64,000 nt of DNA from an uncultured bacterium (GCA_963827235.1 CAWHAE010000016.1:1-64000); one strand, 5' to 3'; positions 29,518 through 40,541 are shown, counted from the stretch's first letter. The notes: generated from the sequence alone by a model not told the origin. Numbers and translations: made by a program.

Positions 29518-31029
29518 TCAGGTCGTCGAGCCCCAGCGTGCTTCCAACGTACAACCGGCACAAAGCTTCGTGCCAGGAACCGCGACACCCGGTTGGGGCT
29601 TGCCGTTGATCATGAGCCGGAGGGCCGGCCCGGATCCGGCCACCGCGACGTGGATCGTACGGCCGTGAAACACGAGGTCGGCCGATGCTGGCCCGTCGGG
29701 CGCTGTGAGCCTGATCCCGGATTGAGCGATCGCCGCTCCAGCGGCCGAGTAGTCCTGAACGCCGAGATAGGCGGCGAACAGGGCGTCGACGAACATACGC
29801 GCCGACCACTGAAATGCGGGCGCGCCGGATCCCGTGCCTCCATGCGTATACCACTCTCTCGCGTCGCCGCTGCGCACCATGGCGGCGCCAAGCCGGGTGA
29901 GGATGGCGCGAGACTGAGCGGTATCGCCCGTGCGCGCAAATGCTATCGCGGCAAGCGACCCGACGGTCGGCCAATAGCCGTTCTGGTAGATGCCCGGCCC
30001 GAGCCGGCCGTGCTTCGAGGCGTAGTCTGCCGGCGCGTAGTCGCCATACAGCACTTTGGCCGGCACTCCGTCCAGGCCGTCGAGACCGAGCAGGTATCCG
30101 GCGTGTTGCCGGACAAAGGCCATGATGCTGCGCGACTGGCCCGGGCTCGCGATGCCGTACAGCACACAGAGCATGTTGCTGTCGAGCTCGAAATACTCTC
30201 GAGCGCCCAGCCAGGAGCGGTAGTGGCCGAAGGGCGGCACGGGCGCAGCATCATATGTATATGGCGATCCCGTGGTCCAGAGCAGGGTGTTGACGTCGGC
30301 GCGTATGTGGGCGGCAAAGGTGAGGTATGAGCGGGACTGGCGGGAGTGACCGAGCAATTGCTCCATGACGGCCATGCTCTGCGTGGCACGATACCAGAGC
30401 GCCTCGACCTGCGTGGCATAGCCGCGCCTGGCAACTTGATCCGCCCAGTCGGCGGCGATGTGAGGCGGGACGTTGGCGTAGAGCAGATACGCGCTCCCGA
30501 GCCGCGACCGCACGTAGCCCTTGAACAGCCACTGCCAACCGCGCTCGAGGCGAGGCAAGGCAGCTCGGACCGTGTCGAGATTGCCCGTGATCTCGTACGC
30601 GTCCAGCACGGCAGAGATCAGGATAGGCGTCTCGTCGAAGTAGCCCGACTTCGGCGCCGTCAGCCAGCCGCCGTAGGGCTGCTGTCTTGAGAGCCAATAG
30701 TCAAGCTCGGTCGTGCTGTACGAGGCAACGCTGCTGTCGCGCAGGGACGGCAGCATGCCCCAGGCGAAGCTGTCGCGGATCCAGGGGTTGACATAGTAGT
30801 CGGCGGCGGCGGCGTGTGCGGTGCCATCGAAGTCCGCCCCGAGCACGGCAAGCGCGTACCGCTCGGCGCCGTCCAGCACCGGGTCGTCCGTACGCACGAG
30901 CAGGGCGATACTGTCGAGGTCGTACGGCGAGCCTCCGCCCGCGGCGGCGTATCTGGTCGAGAACCCGCACGCACCCAGCACGACAATCAATGCCAGGCAC
31001 ATGCGGCCGATCAGCGACGTCACCTGCAT
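29518..31029 (-). CDS. Secreted (alpha/alpha)6-barrel glycoside hydrolase
   Basis: Signal peptide; WIRDS, DWAD, YQNGYWP, EWY and FQWSA motifs. Confidence 0.7.
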   Translation of the reverse strand: MQVTSLIGRMCLALIVVLGACGFSTRYAAAGGGSPYDLDSIALLVRTDDPVLDGAERYALAVLGADFDGTAHAAAADYYVNPWIRDSFAWGMLPSLRDSSVASYSTTELDYWLSRQQPYGGWLTAPKSGYFDETPILISAVLDAYEITGNLDTVRAALPRLERGWQWLFKGYVRSRLGSAYLLYANVPPHIAADWADQVARRGYATQVEALWYRATQSMAVMEQLLGHSRQSRSYLTFAAHIRADVNTLLWTTGSPYTYDAAPVPPFGHYRSWLGAREYFELDSNMLCVLYGIASPGQSRSIMAFVRQHAGYLLGLDGLDGVPAKVLYGDYAPADYASKHGRLGPGIYQNGYWPTVGSLAAIAFARTGDTAQSRAILTRLGAAMVRSGDAREWYTHGGTGSGAPAFQWSARMFVDALFAAYLGVQDYSAAGAAIAQSGIRLTAPDGPASADLVFHGRTIHVAVAGSGPALRLMINGKPQPGVAVPGTKLCAGCTLEARWGSTT

Positions 31030-31283
31030 CTATCGAGCGTACTGCCGCCGCGCGACCGCGCGCGACGTGGCGCTATCGAGAGCATCAGTTACCGGTCGCC
31101 GCGATCGACTCAACAGCCGGCCCGGCAGCATGTCGAAAGGCATGCGGTCGGGGTGACTTCGGCGGCACTAAATCCCGCATCAACACGCCCACATGAAGAT
31201 ACATTCTGGCTGAATCTCATGATACGGGATCGGCGCTGAGCCGCATTGACAAGCCACACGGCCACCGCTACCTTCGTAGCAGA

Positions 31284-31355
31284 TGGGGTGTCGCCAAGAG
31301 GTAAGGCACCGGTCTTTGGAACCGGCATTCCCAGGTTCGAATCCTGGCACCCCAG
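31284..31355 (+). tRNA. tRNA-Gln (TTG)
   Basis: TGGGGTG/CACCCCA acceptor stem; anticodon arm CCGGT-CTTTGGA-ACCGG; GGTTCGAATCC. Confidence 0.96.
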
Positions 31356-31855
31356 CCCCCGGTTTCCTCTGGTGGGTGGATAGGCTGAGGGCGCGCCTGA
31401 AGCTGGGCCTGGCCCGCGGGATGTCGCGCCTGAATGCCGACTCGACGCTCCCGATCAGCCACCATTGCCGGCCTTTCGCTGTGACGACCCGGACCCCGTG
31501 GGCGCCTCGGACCCGGGGACTGACCGCCGCCATCGTGTCGACGCGACGTCATGGCAAAGGCGTGGGATCCCATGCTCAGGCCGGTGAAACACGCAAGGGC
31601 AGAATGAGCTCCGCACTTGGCGGGCCGGGAGCAACCACGGGATGCTGCCCGGGACATCGTCGCGATGTGCAGATCTCGTCGTGGACCCGCTGTGGGGCAT
31701 GGGGTCAGACACGGGGACAGGTGCCGAGGATATACGTGCCGGCAGGGATCGTGTTTGCGGCGAGAGTGGAGGCATGACGCAAAATCACTTCGCGCGATCC
31801 GGGCGGCAGGTGCGGGCGGTGCCGCGCACCCGGGCGAGCGGCAGCAGGCGGCGGG

Positions 31856-32149
31856 CTAGCCGCCGATAGTCAGCTTCCTGTTGAAGCTCTTGGCCAAAAC
31901 AAGTGGGTTGAGCTTGTTGAAGAAGCCTTCGAACTCTTTCGGTGCCCAGAAGCCCATCTTGCCTGAGCCGTCCTTCCACACGAAGGCCACCTGCCCGCGC
32001 ATGCCCGAGGCCTTGGAGCTCTTGCCGGCCTCCTCTGCCAGGGTGCACTGCTGCTCGAACGTGAGATCGTGAAAGTAGGACGTGACGAACACGATGATCA
32101 GATTCGTGCCCTGCTGCTTCACATAGGCCACTTCAAAGGTGACCGGCAT
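31856..32149 (-). CDS. Hypothetical protein
   Basis: Protein-like composition with GC-biased codon usage. Confidence 0.65.
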   Translation of the reverse strand: MPVTFEVAYVKQQGTNLIIVFVTSYFHDLTFEQQCTLAEEAGKSSKASGMRGQVAFVWKDGSGKMGFWAPKEFEGFFNKLNPLVLAKSFNRKLTIGG

Positions 32150-32355
32150 CTACTGTTCTCTCGCTCCAACATTCCACCAAAGGTCCGCCCGGCGTCCGAA
32201 TACACGGTAACGCGCCACACCGCCGGCGTATACCACCGATTTTGGGGATGCCGCGGCGGCTTGCACCGATCGCGCAAGCTTGTGCGGAATATGCGCGAGG
32301 CGTAGTATCGATATATCGCTAGCAGTCGCCATAGATCGTCAAGGAGGGATCTGCA

Positions 32356-32928
32356 ATGGCAACTTCGATGTGTTGGGGTCCAAAAACATACTGGGGAGGG
32401 TTCTTCTGGATGAACGGTTTCGGACGACGGTTTGGCATGCGACCCGAGCGGCTCTTCGGACGGGGAGACATCAAGTTCCTGCTTCTCGACCTGCTCAAGG
32501 AACGGCCCATGCATGGATACGAGATGATCAAGGAGCTCGAGACCCGTTTCTCGGGCTTCTACTCGCCGAGTCCCGGATCCGTTTACCCAACGCTGCAGAT
32601 GCTCGAAGATCGCGGATATGTGGGATCGGTCAGCCAAGATGGCAAGCGCGTCTATTCGCTGACCGACGAAGGGCGCGCCTATCTGGAGGAGCGCACCAGA
32701 GACCAGCATGCGAGGCATTGGGGGCCACCAGAGTTCGGCACGTCGCCGGAGGTGCGAGCCTTCGGCAAGGAAGTGTTCGAGTTTGGCCGCGCCGTCGTGC
32801 AGGCAGCCAGGACATCTTCCGGCGACCCGGCCAAGCTGGCACGCTTGCGCGACGTCATCGACCGCGCCCGCCGAGAGATCTACGGCATTCTGGCCGAGCC
32901 TCCCGCGCCGCCGCCGACCGAAGTGTAA
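32356..32928 (+). CDS. PadR-family transcriptional regulator
   Basis: PMHGYEMI, PSPGSVYPTL, KRVYSLTDEG. Confidence 0.92.
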   Translation: MATSMCWGPKTYWGGFFWMNGFGRRFGMRPERLFGRGDIKFLLLDLLKERPMHGYEMIKELETRFSGFYSPSPGSVYPTLQMLEDRGYVGSVSQDGKRVYSLTDEGRAYLEERTRDQHARHWGPPEFGTSPEVRAFGKEVFEFGRAVVQAARTSSGDPAKLARLRDVIDRARREIYGILAEPPAPPPTEV

Positions 32929-33106
32929 CACCCTGGCCCTGCTCGCTCCCGGATGGTCCCCGGCGCCGGTGGCCATCCGGGAGCGCCTGCTCCGGTGCCT
33001 TGACCGCGGCTCTCCCGGGCACCGCTTCAAGCATGGACGCGTCCGTGCTACTATGCGACTGTGCCGTCGCCCAGGGCCGGCCTAGCGTGCATGGAAGGGG
33101 AAGTAC

Positions 33107-33706
33107 GTGGTCGAGGTTGCCAAATCCGCGGCCAGCTCTACCACCAACTGGCTCGATCCCGCCATTGTCGGCGTGATCGCCGTTTCGGGCATCTTTGGAC
33201 TCTTTCGCGGACTGCTACGCACCATTGCCGGCATCGCGGGAGTCGTTCTGGGAGCGCTGTTTGCCGGTCAACTGGCGGCCAAGGTCGACCCAGTGCTCAA
33301 GCAGGCCGGTATCCAGCACCCTGCTGTCAACGGACGGTGGGCCTTCCTGATCGCCTTTATCGCCATCGTAGTCGTGGTAGAGATCGCCGCCAATCTGCTG
33401 GTGTGGGTCGAGCGCTTCCTCATGCTCGGCTGGGTGGACCGAGTGGGAGGCCTGGTACTCGGGCTTGCACGGGGCGTTCTGCTGAGCATGATTCTACTTG
33501 CCGCCGTCGCACAGTTCGACTCGACCGAGTTCAACCAGCAGGCCCGCCAGTCGCAAATCGCCGAATGGATGTGGGACAACGCTCCATCTCTGGTCAACAT
33601 GCTGCCGGCAGGCATGCGCGAGAGCACGATCCGGCTGATCAAGGACAATGCTCCCTTCCTGGGCGAGCCAATCAGCATACCGCCGGCGCCGACGAAGCTT
33701 CCCTGA
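33107..33706 (+). CDS. CvpA-family membrane protein
   Basis: NWLD, GLFRG, DRVGG..LGLARG. Confidence 0.85.
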   Translation: MVEVAKSAASSTTNWLDPAIVGVIAVSGIFGLFRGLLRTIAGIAGVVLGALFAGQLAAKVDPVLKQAGIQHPAVNGRWAFLIAFIAIVVVVEIAANLLVWVERFLMLGWVDRVGGLVLGLARGVLLSMILLAAVAQFDSTEFNQQARQSQIAEWMWDNAPSLVNMLPAGMRESTIRLIKDNAPFLGEPISIPPAPTKLP

Positions 33707-34030
33707 TGGTGCTCCGAGCGTTCGGCAGGCCTGACGTCCCGGAGGCGGCCAGCGTTTGGACCGCGCCACGAGCCGTACTTGCAGCCGCAGGCAACATTGA
33801 CGCCTGCCGTCCGTGGCCACGCGAAACGTGAAGTATCACCGGACGACGATATCGGTGCCGGCACGGAACGGCCGTAGTAGTAATCCGAGTAATACAGTCA
33901 ATTTCATATAGATAAGCTCGGGGTGTGGTATCTTGAGTTAGCTGGGACCGCGATCGGGCCGGCCGCGAGCACGACGGCCTGCACCAGGAGCGGTTTTGCC
34001 TATCGCTCGAGCAGCCAAGGTGGTGTCGCC

Positions 34031-34252
34031 ATGGAAGACTTGATTCGGATCGCAACGGACGCTGCGCGGCTGGCGCTCGCCGGCTGGTCGCCCGAGGACC
34101 CGCGCGCGCTGGAGGACCTTGCTTCGGCGATCGGCCAAGCAGTCGCGGCCGGCATTCAGCGGCATGAGGAGTCAAATGCGCGGCACATTGCGCGCGCCAT
34201 GGCCGGCGTCGGAGATGACGACGACCCAGGCACTTTCGACTGGCAGGTGTAG
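34031..34252 (+). CDS. Hypothetical protein
   Basis: AAGGTGG RBS before ATG; predicted helical. Confidence 0.5.
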   Translation: MEDLIRIATDAARLALAGWSPEDPRALEDLASAIGQAVAAGIQRHEESNARHIARAMAGVGDDDDPGTFDWQV

Positions 34253-34457
34253 CCGCCGCGGCGTCTCGTTCGGGTACTGGCCGCGTCACCTGCTACACTG
34301 AATGCCGTAACCCGCTCCGCGGAAAGATAGGTGTCCGCCGCCGATGGGGGCGAACACATGCAGCGCCATATCCGTGTTCTTGCCGAGCGGTGACGCCGCT
34401 AGAAGTCGGACCGCCGTCAGGGGGGCTGACCGCGACGTCTCGTGGAGGTTCGACCGA

Positions 34458-35834
34458 ATGACAGTGGCCATCGTGCTGGCGGCCGGCAAGGGAACCCGTA
34501 TGAAGTCGGACTTGCCCAAGGTCGCGCACAAGGTGGCCGGGCTGCCCATGATCGCTCACTTGCAGCGCACTATTTCGTCGGTGCCCGATCTGGCGCCGCT
34601 GTATGTGCTCGGCCACGGGCACGAGATCGTCCGGGAACTGCTTCCAGCCGAGGTGCATGTAGTCTTGCAGGCTGAGCAACGCGGCACCGGCCACGCGGTG
34701 AGCATCGCCCTCGCCGCGCTCGATGCTTCCTGTTCCGAAGTGCTGATCCTCTACGGAGACATGCCGTTGGTCACGGCCGCGGCGTTGGCACGGCTCCGGG
34801 ATCTGCATCGAGAGTCCGGCGCCGCGGTGACTGTGCAGTCGGCCATCGTGCAGCGGCCGCAGGGTTACGGTCGCATTGTTCGCGACGCCGCTGGCGCGCC
34901 CACCGCCATCGTGGAAGATAAATGGCTGAGCGAGGACCAGCGAGCGATCGACGAGATTAACACCGGGCTCTACGTCATCGACGTGCCCTGGCTGCGGTCT
35001 GCGTTGCCGGCGCTGCCGCGGCACGGAGACGACGAAGTATATCTCACCGACGTCGCGGAGATGGCGGCCGTGTCCGGTCGCCTGACGGTCGCGCTGAGCG
35101 AGGCCGCCGACGACTTCATGGGGATCAACGACCGGGCCGGACTGGCGGCGGCGGAGGCAATCATGCGGCGGCGCGTGAACGAGGCGCTCATGGCTGCAGG
35201 CGTCACGCTCGTCGATCCCTGTACCGCCTACATCGCGGCAGATGCCACGATCGGCATGGATTCCGTGATCGAGCCGAACGTGATTCTCGAGGCCGGAGTG
35301 ACGATAGGGGAGCGATGTCTGATCGGCTCCCAGACGCGGATCGTCGGCTCCTCGATCGGCAGCGACAGCACGATCATGTCGTCGCACGTCGAGTTCTCGG
35401 AGTTGGGCCGGCACGTGCATGTTGGACCCTTTTCGCACCTGCGGCCGGGAACGACGCTGGCCGACCATGTCCACATGGGAAACTTCGCCGAGACCAAGAA
35501 CAGCTCTCTGGGCCCAGGGACCAAGATGGGCCACTTCAGCTACCTCGGCGACACCACCACCGGCAGCGACGTGAACGTCGGCGCCGGCACGATCACGGCC
35601 AATTACGATGGCACGACAAAACACAAAACAACTATCGGTGACCGTGTGTTCCTTGGCGTCGGCACCATGCTCCGAGCGCCGATCTCCGTCGGTCGGGGCG
35701 CCTACACCGGTGCCGGCAGCGTCGTGTTGCACGACGTGCCCGACAATGTCACCGTGGCCGGCACGCCTGCCCACCAACTGAGGTCTGGCCGAGCGACGGG
35801 CGAGCCGGCACAAGCAAAGCAGAGTGAGGAGTAA
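34458..35834 (+). CDS. glmU: Bifunctional UDP-GlcNAc pyrophosphorylase / GlcN-1-P acetyltransferase
   Basis: LAAGKGTRMKS, hexapeptide repeats, HFSYLGD, NYDG. Confidence 0.96.
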   Translation: MTVAIVLAAGKGTRMKSDLPKVAHKVAGLPMIAHLQRTISSVPDLAPLYVLGHGHEIVRELLPAEVHVVLQAEQRGTGHAVSIALAALDASCSEVLILYGDMPLVTAAALARLRDLHRESGAAVTVQSAIVQRPQGYGRIVRDAAGAPTAIVEDKWLSEDQRAIDEINTGLYVIDVPWLRSALPALPRHGDDEVYLTDVAEMAAVSGRLTVALSEAADDFMGINDRAGLAAAEAIMRRRVNEALMAAGVTLVDPCTAYIAADATIGMDSVIEPNVILEAGVTIGERCLIGSQTRIVGSSIGSDSTIMSSHVEFSELGRHVHVGPFSHLRPGTTLADHVHMGNFAETKNSSLGPGTKMGHFSYLGDTTTGSDVNVGAGTITANYDGTTKHKTTIGDRVFLGVGTMLRAPISVGRGAYTGAGSVVLHDVPDNVTVAGTPAHQLRSGRATGEPAQAKQSEE

Positions 35835-35839
35835 CCCGC

Positions 35840-36778
35840 ATGGAGGGCTCGCTGCAGGTATTCAGCGGCTCCGCGAACCCGGCACTGGCCGGCGAGATCA
35901 CTGAAATTCTGGGCATCCCGATCGGGCGCGCCTTCGTCGGCACGTTCAGAGACGAGGAGACCCGGGTACGCATTGAGGACAACGTCCGGGGAGCGGATGT
36001 CTTCGTCGTGCAGCCGACCTGCCGCCCGGTCGATCACCATATCATGGAGCTCCTGATCATGATCGAGGCCTTGCGGCGGGCCTCCGCGCGCCGCATCACG
36101 GCGGTCATTCCCTATTTCGGGTACTCACGACAGGAGAAGAAGAGCGTCGGTCGAGAGCCGATCACGGGCAGGCTGGTCGCCAACCTGATCACCGTGGCAG
36201 GTGCCAACCGGGTGCTCACGCTCGATTTGCACACGCCGGCAATCGAGGGATTCTTCGACATTCCCGTCGACCATTTGCGTTCGGCGAACGTCATGGTAGC
36301 GCACTGCAAGCAGATGAATCTCGACAACGTCGTCGTGGTCTCTCCGGATCCCGGTGGAGTTCTGCGGGCGAATGACTTTCGGGCTCGGCTCGGCGCCTCG
36401 CTGGCGATCATCGCCAAGCAACGGCCCGCTCCGGACGTGGCCGAGATCATCGAGATGGTCGGCGAAGTGCGGGATAGAAATGCCGTGATCGTCGACGACA
36501 TCATTTCTACCGGCGGCACGCTGATCGAGGCAGCCGATATGCTCATGGAGCGCGGTGCCCGTGCCGTCTATGCATTCGGTGTCCACGCGACCCTGGCCGG
36601 CCGCGCCGCCGAGCTGATCGCGGAGAGCTGCATCCGCCGCGTGGTAGTAACCAACTCGATCCCGGTTACAGAGGCTCAAAAGGGTGATAAGATCGAAGTA
36701 CTGACCATCGCGCCGCTGATCGCCGAGGCAATCAAGCGAATACACGAAGATGCCTCGGTGAGCGCTCTCTTCAGATAG
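35840..36778 (+). CDS. prs: Ribose-phosphate pyrophosphokinase
   Basis: PYFGYSRQ, DLH, VDDIISTGGT. Confidence 0.96.
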   Translation: MEGSLQVFSGSANPALAGEITEILGIPIGRAFVGTFRDEETRVRIEDNVRGADVFVVQPTCRPVDHHIMELLIMIEALRRASARRITAVIPYFGYSRQEKKSVGREPITGRLVANLITVAGANRVLTLDLHTPAIEGFFDIPVDHLRSANVMVAHCKQMNLDNVVVVSPDPGGVLRANDFRARLGASLAIIAKQRPAPDVAEIIEMVGEVRDRNAVIVDDIISTGGTLIEAADMLMERGARAVYAFGVHATLAGRAAELIAESCIRRVVVTNSIPVTEAQKGDKIEVLTIAPLIAEAIKRIHEDASVSALFR

Positions 36779-36808
36779 ACGCATGGCCGGCGACGGAGAA
36801 AGGCCTTA

Positions 36809-38209
36809 GTGGTCGCTGATCTTCTGGCTCACGCGGCCGGCTTGACCGCCGGCGGCGCGTTCGGCCAACCCGTGCTGGCGCTTGCCGGCCACGGCTGGGA
36901 CAGTGGTGACACCGCACAGGCCGTTGGGCTGCTGGCCTGTCTGATCATGTCGGCGCTGGCCAATGGCGCTGAGACCGCCCTCACGTCGATCAGCCGGCTG
37001 CGCACGCGACATCTGCTCGACCAGGGCGTCAAGGGCAGCGCTATCGTAGCCGACCTTACACGGGATCCCAACCAATTCCTCTCTGCCATACTGATCGTGA
37101 ACAGCGTGGCCATCATCGTGGCCTCTACGCTGGCAACGCTGATCCTGGTCGGGCTGTTGGGCGACAGCCTGGGCGCGGTGGCGGCGCCGATCATCACTTC
37201 CGCCGTGGTGCTCGTCTTCGTCGAGATCATTCCCAAAACGTTAGCAATCCACACCGCCGAGCCCACGGCGCTGCGATTTGCCCGGCCGGTAACCGCGCTC
37301 ACCACGTTCCTCAGGCCAATTATCAGTCTGCTCCGCTCCCTGACAAACCTGGTGATGCGTTTGCTGGGTATCAAGCCGCGCACCGGTCCGTTCGTCACCG
37401 AGGACGAGCTCATCTCGCTCGTGTCACTGAGCGAACAGCAGGGCGTGATCGAGGAAGACGAGAAAGAGATGATCCACGGCGTGATCGAGTTCGAGGAGAC
37501 GATGGCCCGCGAGGTCATGGTGCCGCGCGTGCGCATCACCGCCGTGCAGGCTGATCGAACGGTGAAGGAGGCGGTCGACATCGCCCTGGAGAACGGTCGC
37601 TCCCGTATTCCGGTCTACGCCGAGTCTATCGACAAGGTCACCGGCATCATTTATGTCAAGGACCTCTTGAAGGCGTTTCGCGACGGACAGCAGGACATGC
37701 AGGTGCGCGAGCTAGCTCGCAAGGCCTTCGAGGTGCCGGAGACCAAGCGGGTCGGCGATCTGTTTCGCGAGTTCCAGGCGATGAAGATACATATCGCCAT
37801 CGTGATCGACGAGTCGGGCGGCACAGCCGGGCTCGTGACCATCGAGGATCTCCTCGAGGAGATCGTCGGCGAGATCCAGGACGAGTACGATAAACCGGGC
37901 TCAGAGCCAACTATCGAGCGCACCGGCCCGGACGAGTTCGTCGTGGACGGGCGCATCAACCTCGAGGACCTTGACGACGAGATCGATCTGGAGCTGAAGT
38001 CCGAGGACTACGACACGCTCAACGGCTTCATCATCGACCGGCTCGAAGAACTGCCGACGGTCGGCGCCGAGATCCAGGTCGATGGGCAGGCGGTGATCAA
38101 GGTGCTGAGCGTGGCCAACCGGCACGCCGACAAGGTGCTGATCAAGAGACTGGCCAGGTCGACCGGCGACGTGGAGCAAGAGATCCCCGAGCGTACCTCC
38201 CGAGACTAG
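36809..38209 (+). CDS. CNNM/CorC-HlyC family protein (DUF21, CBS pair, CorC)
   Basis: AETAL, EIIPK, EVMVPR, SRIPVY, TIEDLLEEIVGEI. Confidence 0.92.
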   Translation: MVADLLAHAAGLTAGGAFGQPVLALAGHGWDSGDTAQAVGLLACLIMSALANGAETALTSISRLRTRHLLDQGVKGSAIVADLTRDPNQFLSAILIVNSVAIIVASTLATLILVGLLGDSLGAVAAPIITSAVVLVFVEIIPKTLAIHTAEPTALRFARPVTALTTFLRPIISLLRSLTNLVMRLLGIKPRTGPFVTEDELISLVSLSEQQGVIEEDEKEMIHGVIEFEETMAREVMVPRVRITAVQADRTVKEAVDIALENGRSRIPVYAESIDKVTGIIYVKDLLKAFRDGQQDMQVRELARKAFEVPETKRVGDLFREFQAMKIHIAIVIDESGGTAGLVTIEDLLEEIVGEIQDEYDKPGSEPTIERTGPDEFVVDGRINLEDLDDEIDLELKSEDYDTLNGFIIDRLEELPTVGAEIQVDGQAVIKVLSVANRHADKVLIKRLARSTGDVEQEIPERTSRD

Positions 38210-38388
38210 TCTGGGCCGGCGTGCCGAAATTCACTGCTTGCACTATTTGTGGCGCTCGCAGTCTGGACAGGCCGGCAAATTCCGAGTTGCAGGAGGCGTA
38301 ACAGCGGGTTGCGGCTAGGCTGAAGAGGTTATTGCGCAAGGGCTGAGCTGCATCTACACTGCCCGTAAGGGTTGTCGTGCCCACTTAG

Positions 38389-39759
38389 GTGATTGGCGGA
38401 GGGGTGAGCGTAGCTACAAAGCAAGATCTCGTCCTCAGGCTCCTTCCCGACGAAAGTGCGTTGCAGCTCCTGGTGCCCAAGAGGTCGACGAGCATGAGCA
38501 TGCTCGATCTCTACACACAGCTCTGCACCGAGTGCGAGCGCATGGGATTGATCAGTCCGCCGTCCTTCTCGCATATTGCCGCGGCCCTCGAACAGTCGAC
38601 ACCCGGCGAGTGGATGAGTGTTCTGGAGCAGGTTCCCCCCGTGCCGGCGACCGACGGCAGGCTCGAGCTGCTGATCGAGGTGCCGGTGATCGCTGCCGGC
38701 GACACATTCCGCATGAACCGGATGGCCGTGAGGGCCGGCACGCCACTGGCCAGGAAGCATTTCGGTCGTCCGGGCAAGCCAGGAAACGATCTTCGGCGCG
38801 GGCCCGTACAGCCGAGGGCTCCGAAGGACCCTCAGCTTCCGGCAGGAGCAAACACCAAGCTGGCCGAGGATCGGATGACGCTGGTGGCCGCGTGCGACGG
38901 CGAGGCTGTATTCCAGCACTTGAGAATCAGCGTGTATCCCTCGCTTGTGCATGAGGGCGACCTGGCACCGAATAGCAAGATCGAGTCGACCACGCTGCCT
39001 ATCTTCATCGGCGGCTCTGTCTCCGAGGGCGCACGCGTCACCGCCGACTCAGACATCTTCGTCCGGGGCAACGTCGTCGAAGCGCAATTGCTGAGCAAGG
39101 CGGCAGCGGTCACCGTGGCCGGTGTGGTGACCGGCACGCCCTTGAGGAAGGCAAGAGTGCGATCGGCAACCGCGGTCACGCTCGACCAGGCCCGTTTGGC
39201 CGCCGTCGACACCCGGGGCGACATCCACTTGCGCACGCAAGCGTGGCAGTGCGACCTGATAGCCGCCGGCGATCTCCACCTCTCCACGACCATGCAGAAC
39301 GGCCTGCATCACGTCGAGCTCGACGTGGCCGGTCACATCCGCCCTCTCCTGGAGCCTTCGCCTGCGGTGAACCGGAACGAGCGGCAGTACATTCGCGTGC
39401 CCTGCTCGCTGCCAGCCAAGATCAGCCTGCACGATCTCGCCAAAGCCGACTACATGAACTGCACCGCAGTGGACATCAGTCCGGGCGGTGTGCGCTGTCG
39501 CATTTCGCGGGACATCGCCAGGCCGGCCGATGGCGACTTGGTACAGCTCAAGCTTGCGCTGCCTGGATTGCCCCAACCGGCTCATCTGATCGGAAAGACG
39601 GTGTGGAGGGAGGAAGACATCATCGGCGTGCAGTTCCTGCAGTACACCCGCGAGGACCACGATCGTGTGAGCGCCTTCTGCAGGCAGTTGCTGGCCAAGA
39701 ATCCCACCGCGCGGTTCACGTCCTCGGCGCAGCGCCGGCAGATGCGCGACGACGCATAG
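38389..39759 (+). CDS. FapA/DUF342-like protein with a C-terminal PilZ domain
   Basis: G.NT...D...LVA..DG then a beta-helix (I.GSV..G..V.A..DI.V.GNV); PilZ motifs RQYIR and DISPGG. Confidence 0.75.
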   Translation: MIGGGVSVATKQDLVLRLLPDESALQLLVPKRSTSMSMLDLYTQLCTECERMGLISPPSFSHIAAALEQSTPGEWMSVLEQVPPVPATDGRLELLIEVPVIAAGDTFRMNRMAVRAGTPLARKHFGRPGKPGNDLRRGPVQPRAPKDPQLPAGANTKLAEDRMTLVAACDGEAVFQHLRISVYPSLVHEGDLAPNSKIESTTLPIFIGGSVSEGARVTADSDIFVRGNVVEAQLLSKAAAVTVAGVVTGTPLRKARVRSATAVTLDQARLAAVDTRGDIHLRTQAWQCDLIAAGDLHLSTTMQNGLHHVELDVAGHIRPLLEPSPAVNRNERQYIRVPCSLPAKISLHDLAKADYMNCTAVDISPGGVRCRISRDIARPADGDLVQLKLALPGLPQPAHLIGKTVWREEDIIGVQFLQYTREDHDRVSAFCRQLLAKNPTARFTSSAQRRQMRDDA

Positions 39760-39773
39760 GCTGATCGCCGCTT

Positions 39774-40541
39774 CTACGCGAGGTCCAGCAAGTCGAAGAC
39801 CAGGCCGTCGCGGCACAGCCTGCGAGGGCCGGCTCGCGTCTCGACAAAGCAGAGCCCGCAGGCTCCCACACCGCACACCACGTGACGCGGTACGAGGATG
39901 GCCTGCGCAAAGCCGCGAGGAAGTCGCAGCAGCCGGCGACGCAGCAGACTGGCAAGATCGAGCACAAGTCGGCGCCCCCCGGCGACGTAGAGGGCGTCCG
40001 GCCACGACGAGATCTGTTCGATCGATCGCAGCAGATCCTGTCCGCTTGAGCCCCGATCTCCGGCGAGCCGGAACTCGACTTCAGCCGGTAGCGCCGAAGC
40101 AGGCAGCGGTGAGGTAGACTCGCCAGGCGACGCAAGGTAGACGACCTCGATGCCCTTTCCGACCAGAAACCGCGCAAGCCAAAGCAGCGGGGCGCCGGAC
40201 GACCCCGCGTCTACGAGCAATGCCCTCCTGGCGCGGTTGTCGATCGTGAAGCCCTTGCCCAGCGGGCCTGTGACTATGAGGGGCAACGAACATCCGGCGA
40301 CGATTCGCCAGCGCGCGGCAGTGTCAGCGTCCTGTGCAACGCAGTCGATGGTCGATGCACCGGCGTCCAGCGCGACGGGCACGAAGGCGTCGGGAAGCAT
40401 CTGCGCGAACAGTGATCTCGTAGCGCAGAGGACATATTGCCCCGGCCGCAACTGCTGAAGGCCCGGCACCAGCAGCGTGAATCCGGTCACGCCGGGCCAG
40501 GGAGCGTGTACGCTGCTGACCGTTCCGGAGCGCACATTCAT
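39774..40541 (-). CDS. PyrK-like FAD/2Fe-2S electron transfer subunit
   Basis: RPGQY, GPLGKGF, CGVGACGLC...LC.DG.VF. Confidence 0.8.
   Translation of the reverse strand: MNVRSGTVSSVHAPWPGVTGFTLLVPGLQQLRPGQYVLCATRSLFAQMLPDAFVPVALDAGASTIDCVAQDADTAARWRIVAGCSLPLIVTGPLGKGFTIDNRARRALLVDAGSSGAPLLWLARFLVGKGIEVVYLASPGESTSPLPASALPAEVEFRLAGDRGSSGQDLLRSIEQISSWPDALYVAGGRRLVLDLASLLRRRLLRLPRGFAQAILVPRHVVCGVGACGLCFVETRAGPRRLCRDGLVFDLLDLA

Noticed and set aside
31284-31860. Island inserted at tRNA-Gln
   Set aside because: No integrase and no duplicated tRNA 3' end seen
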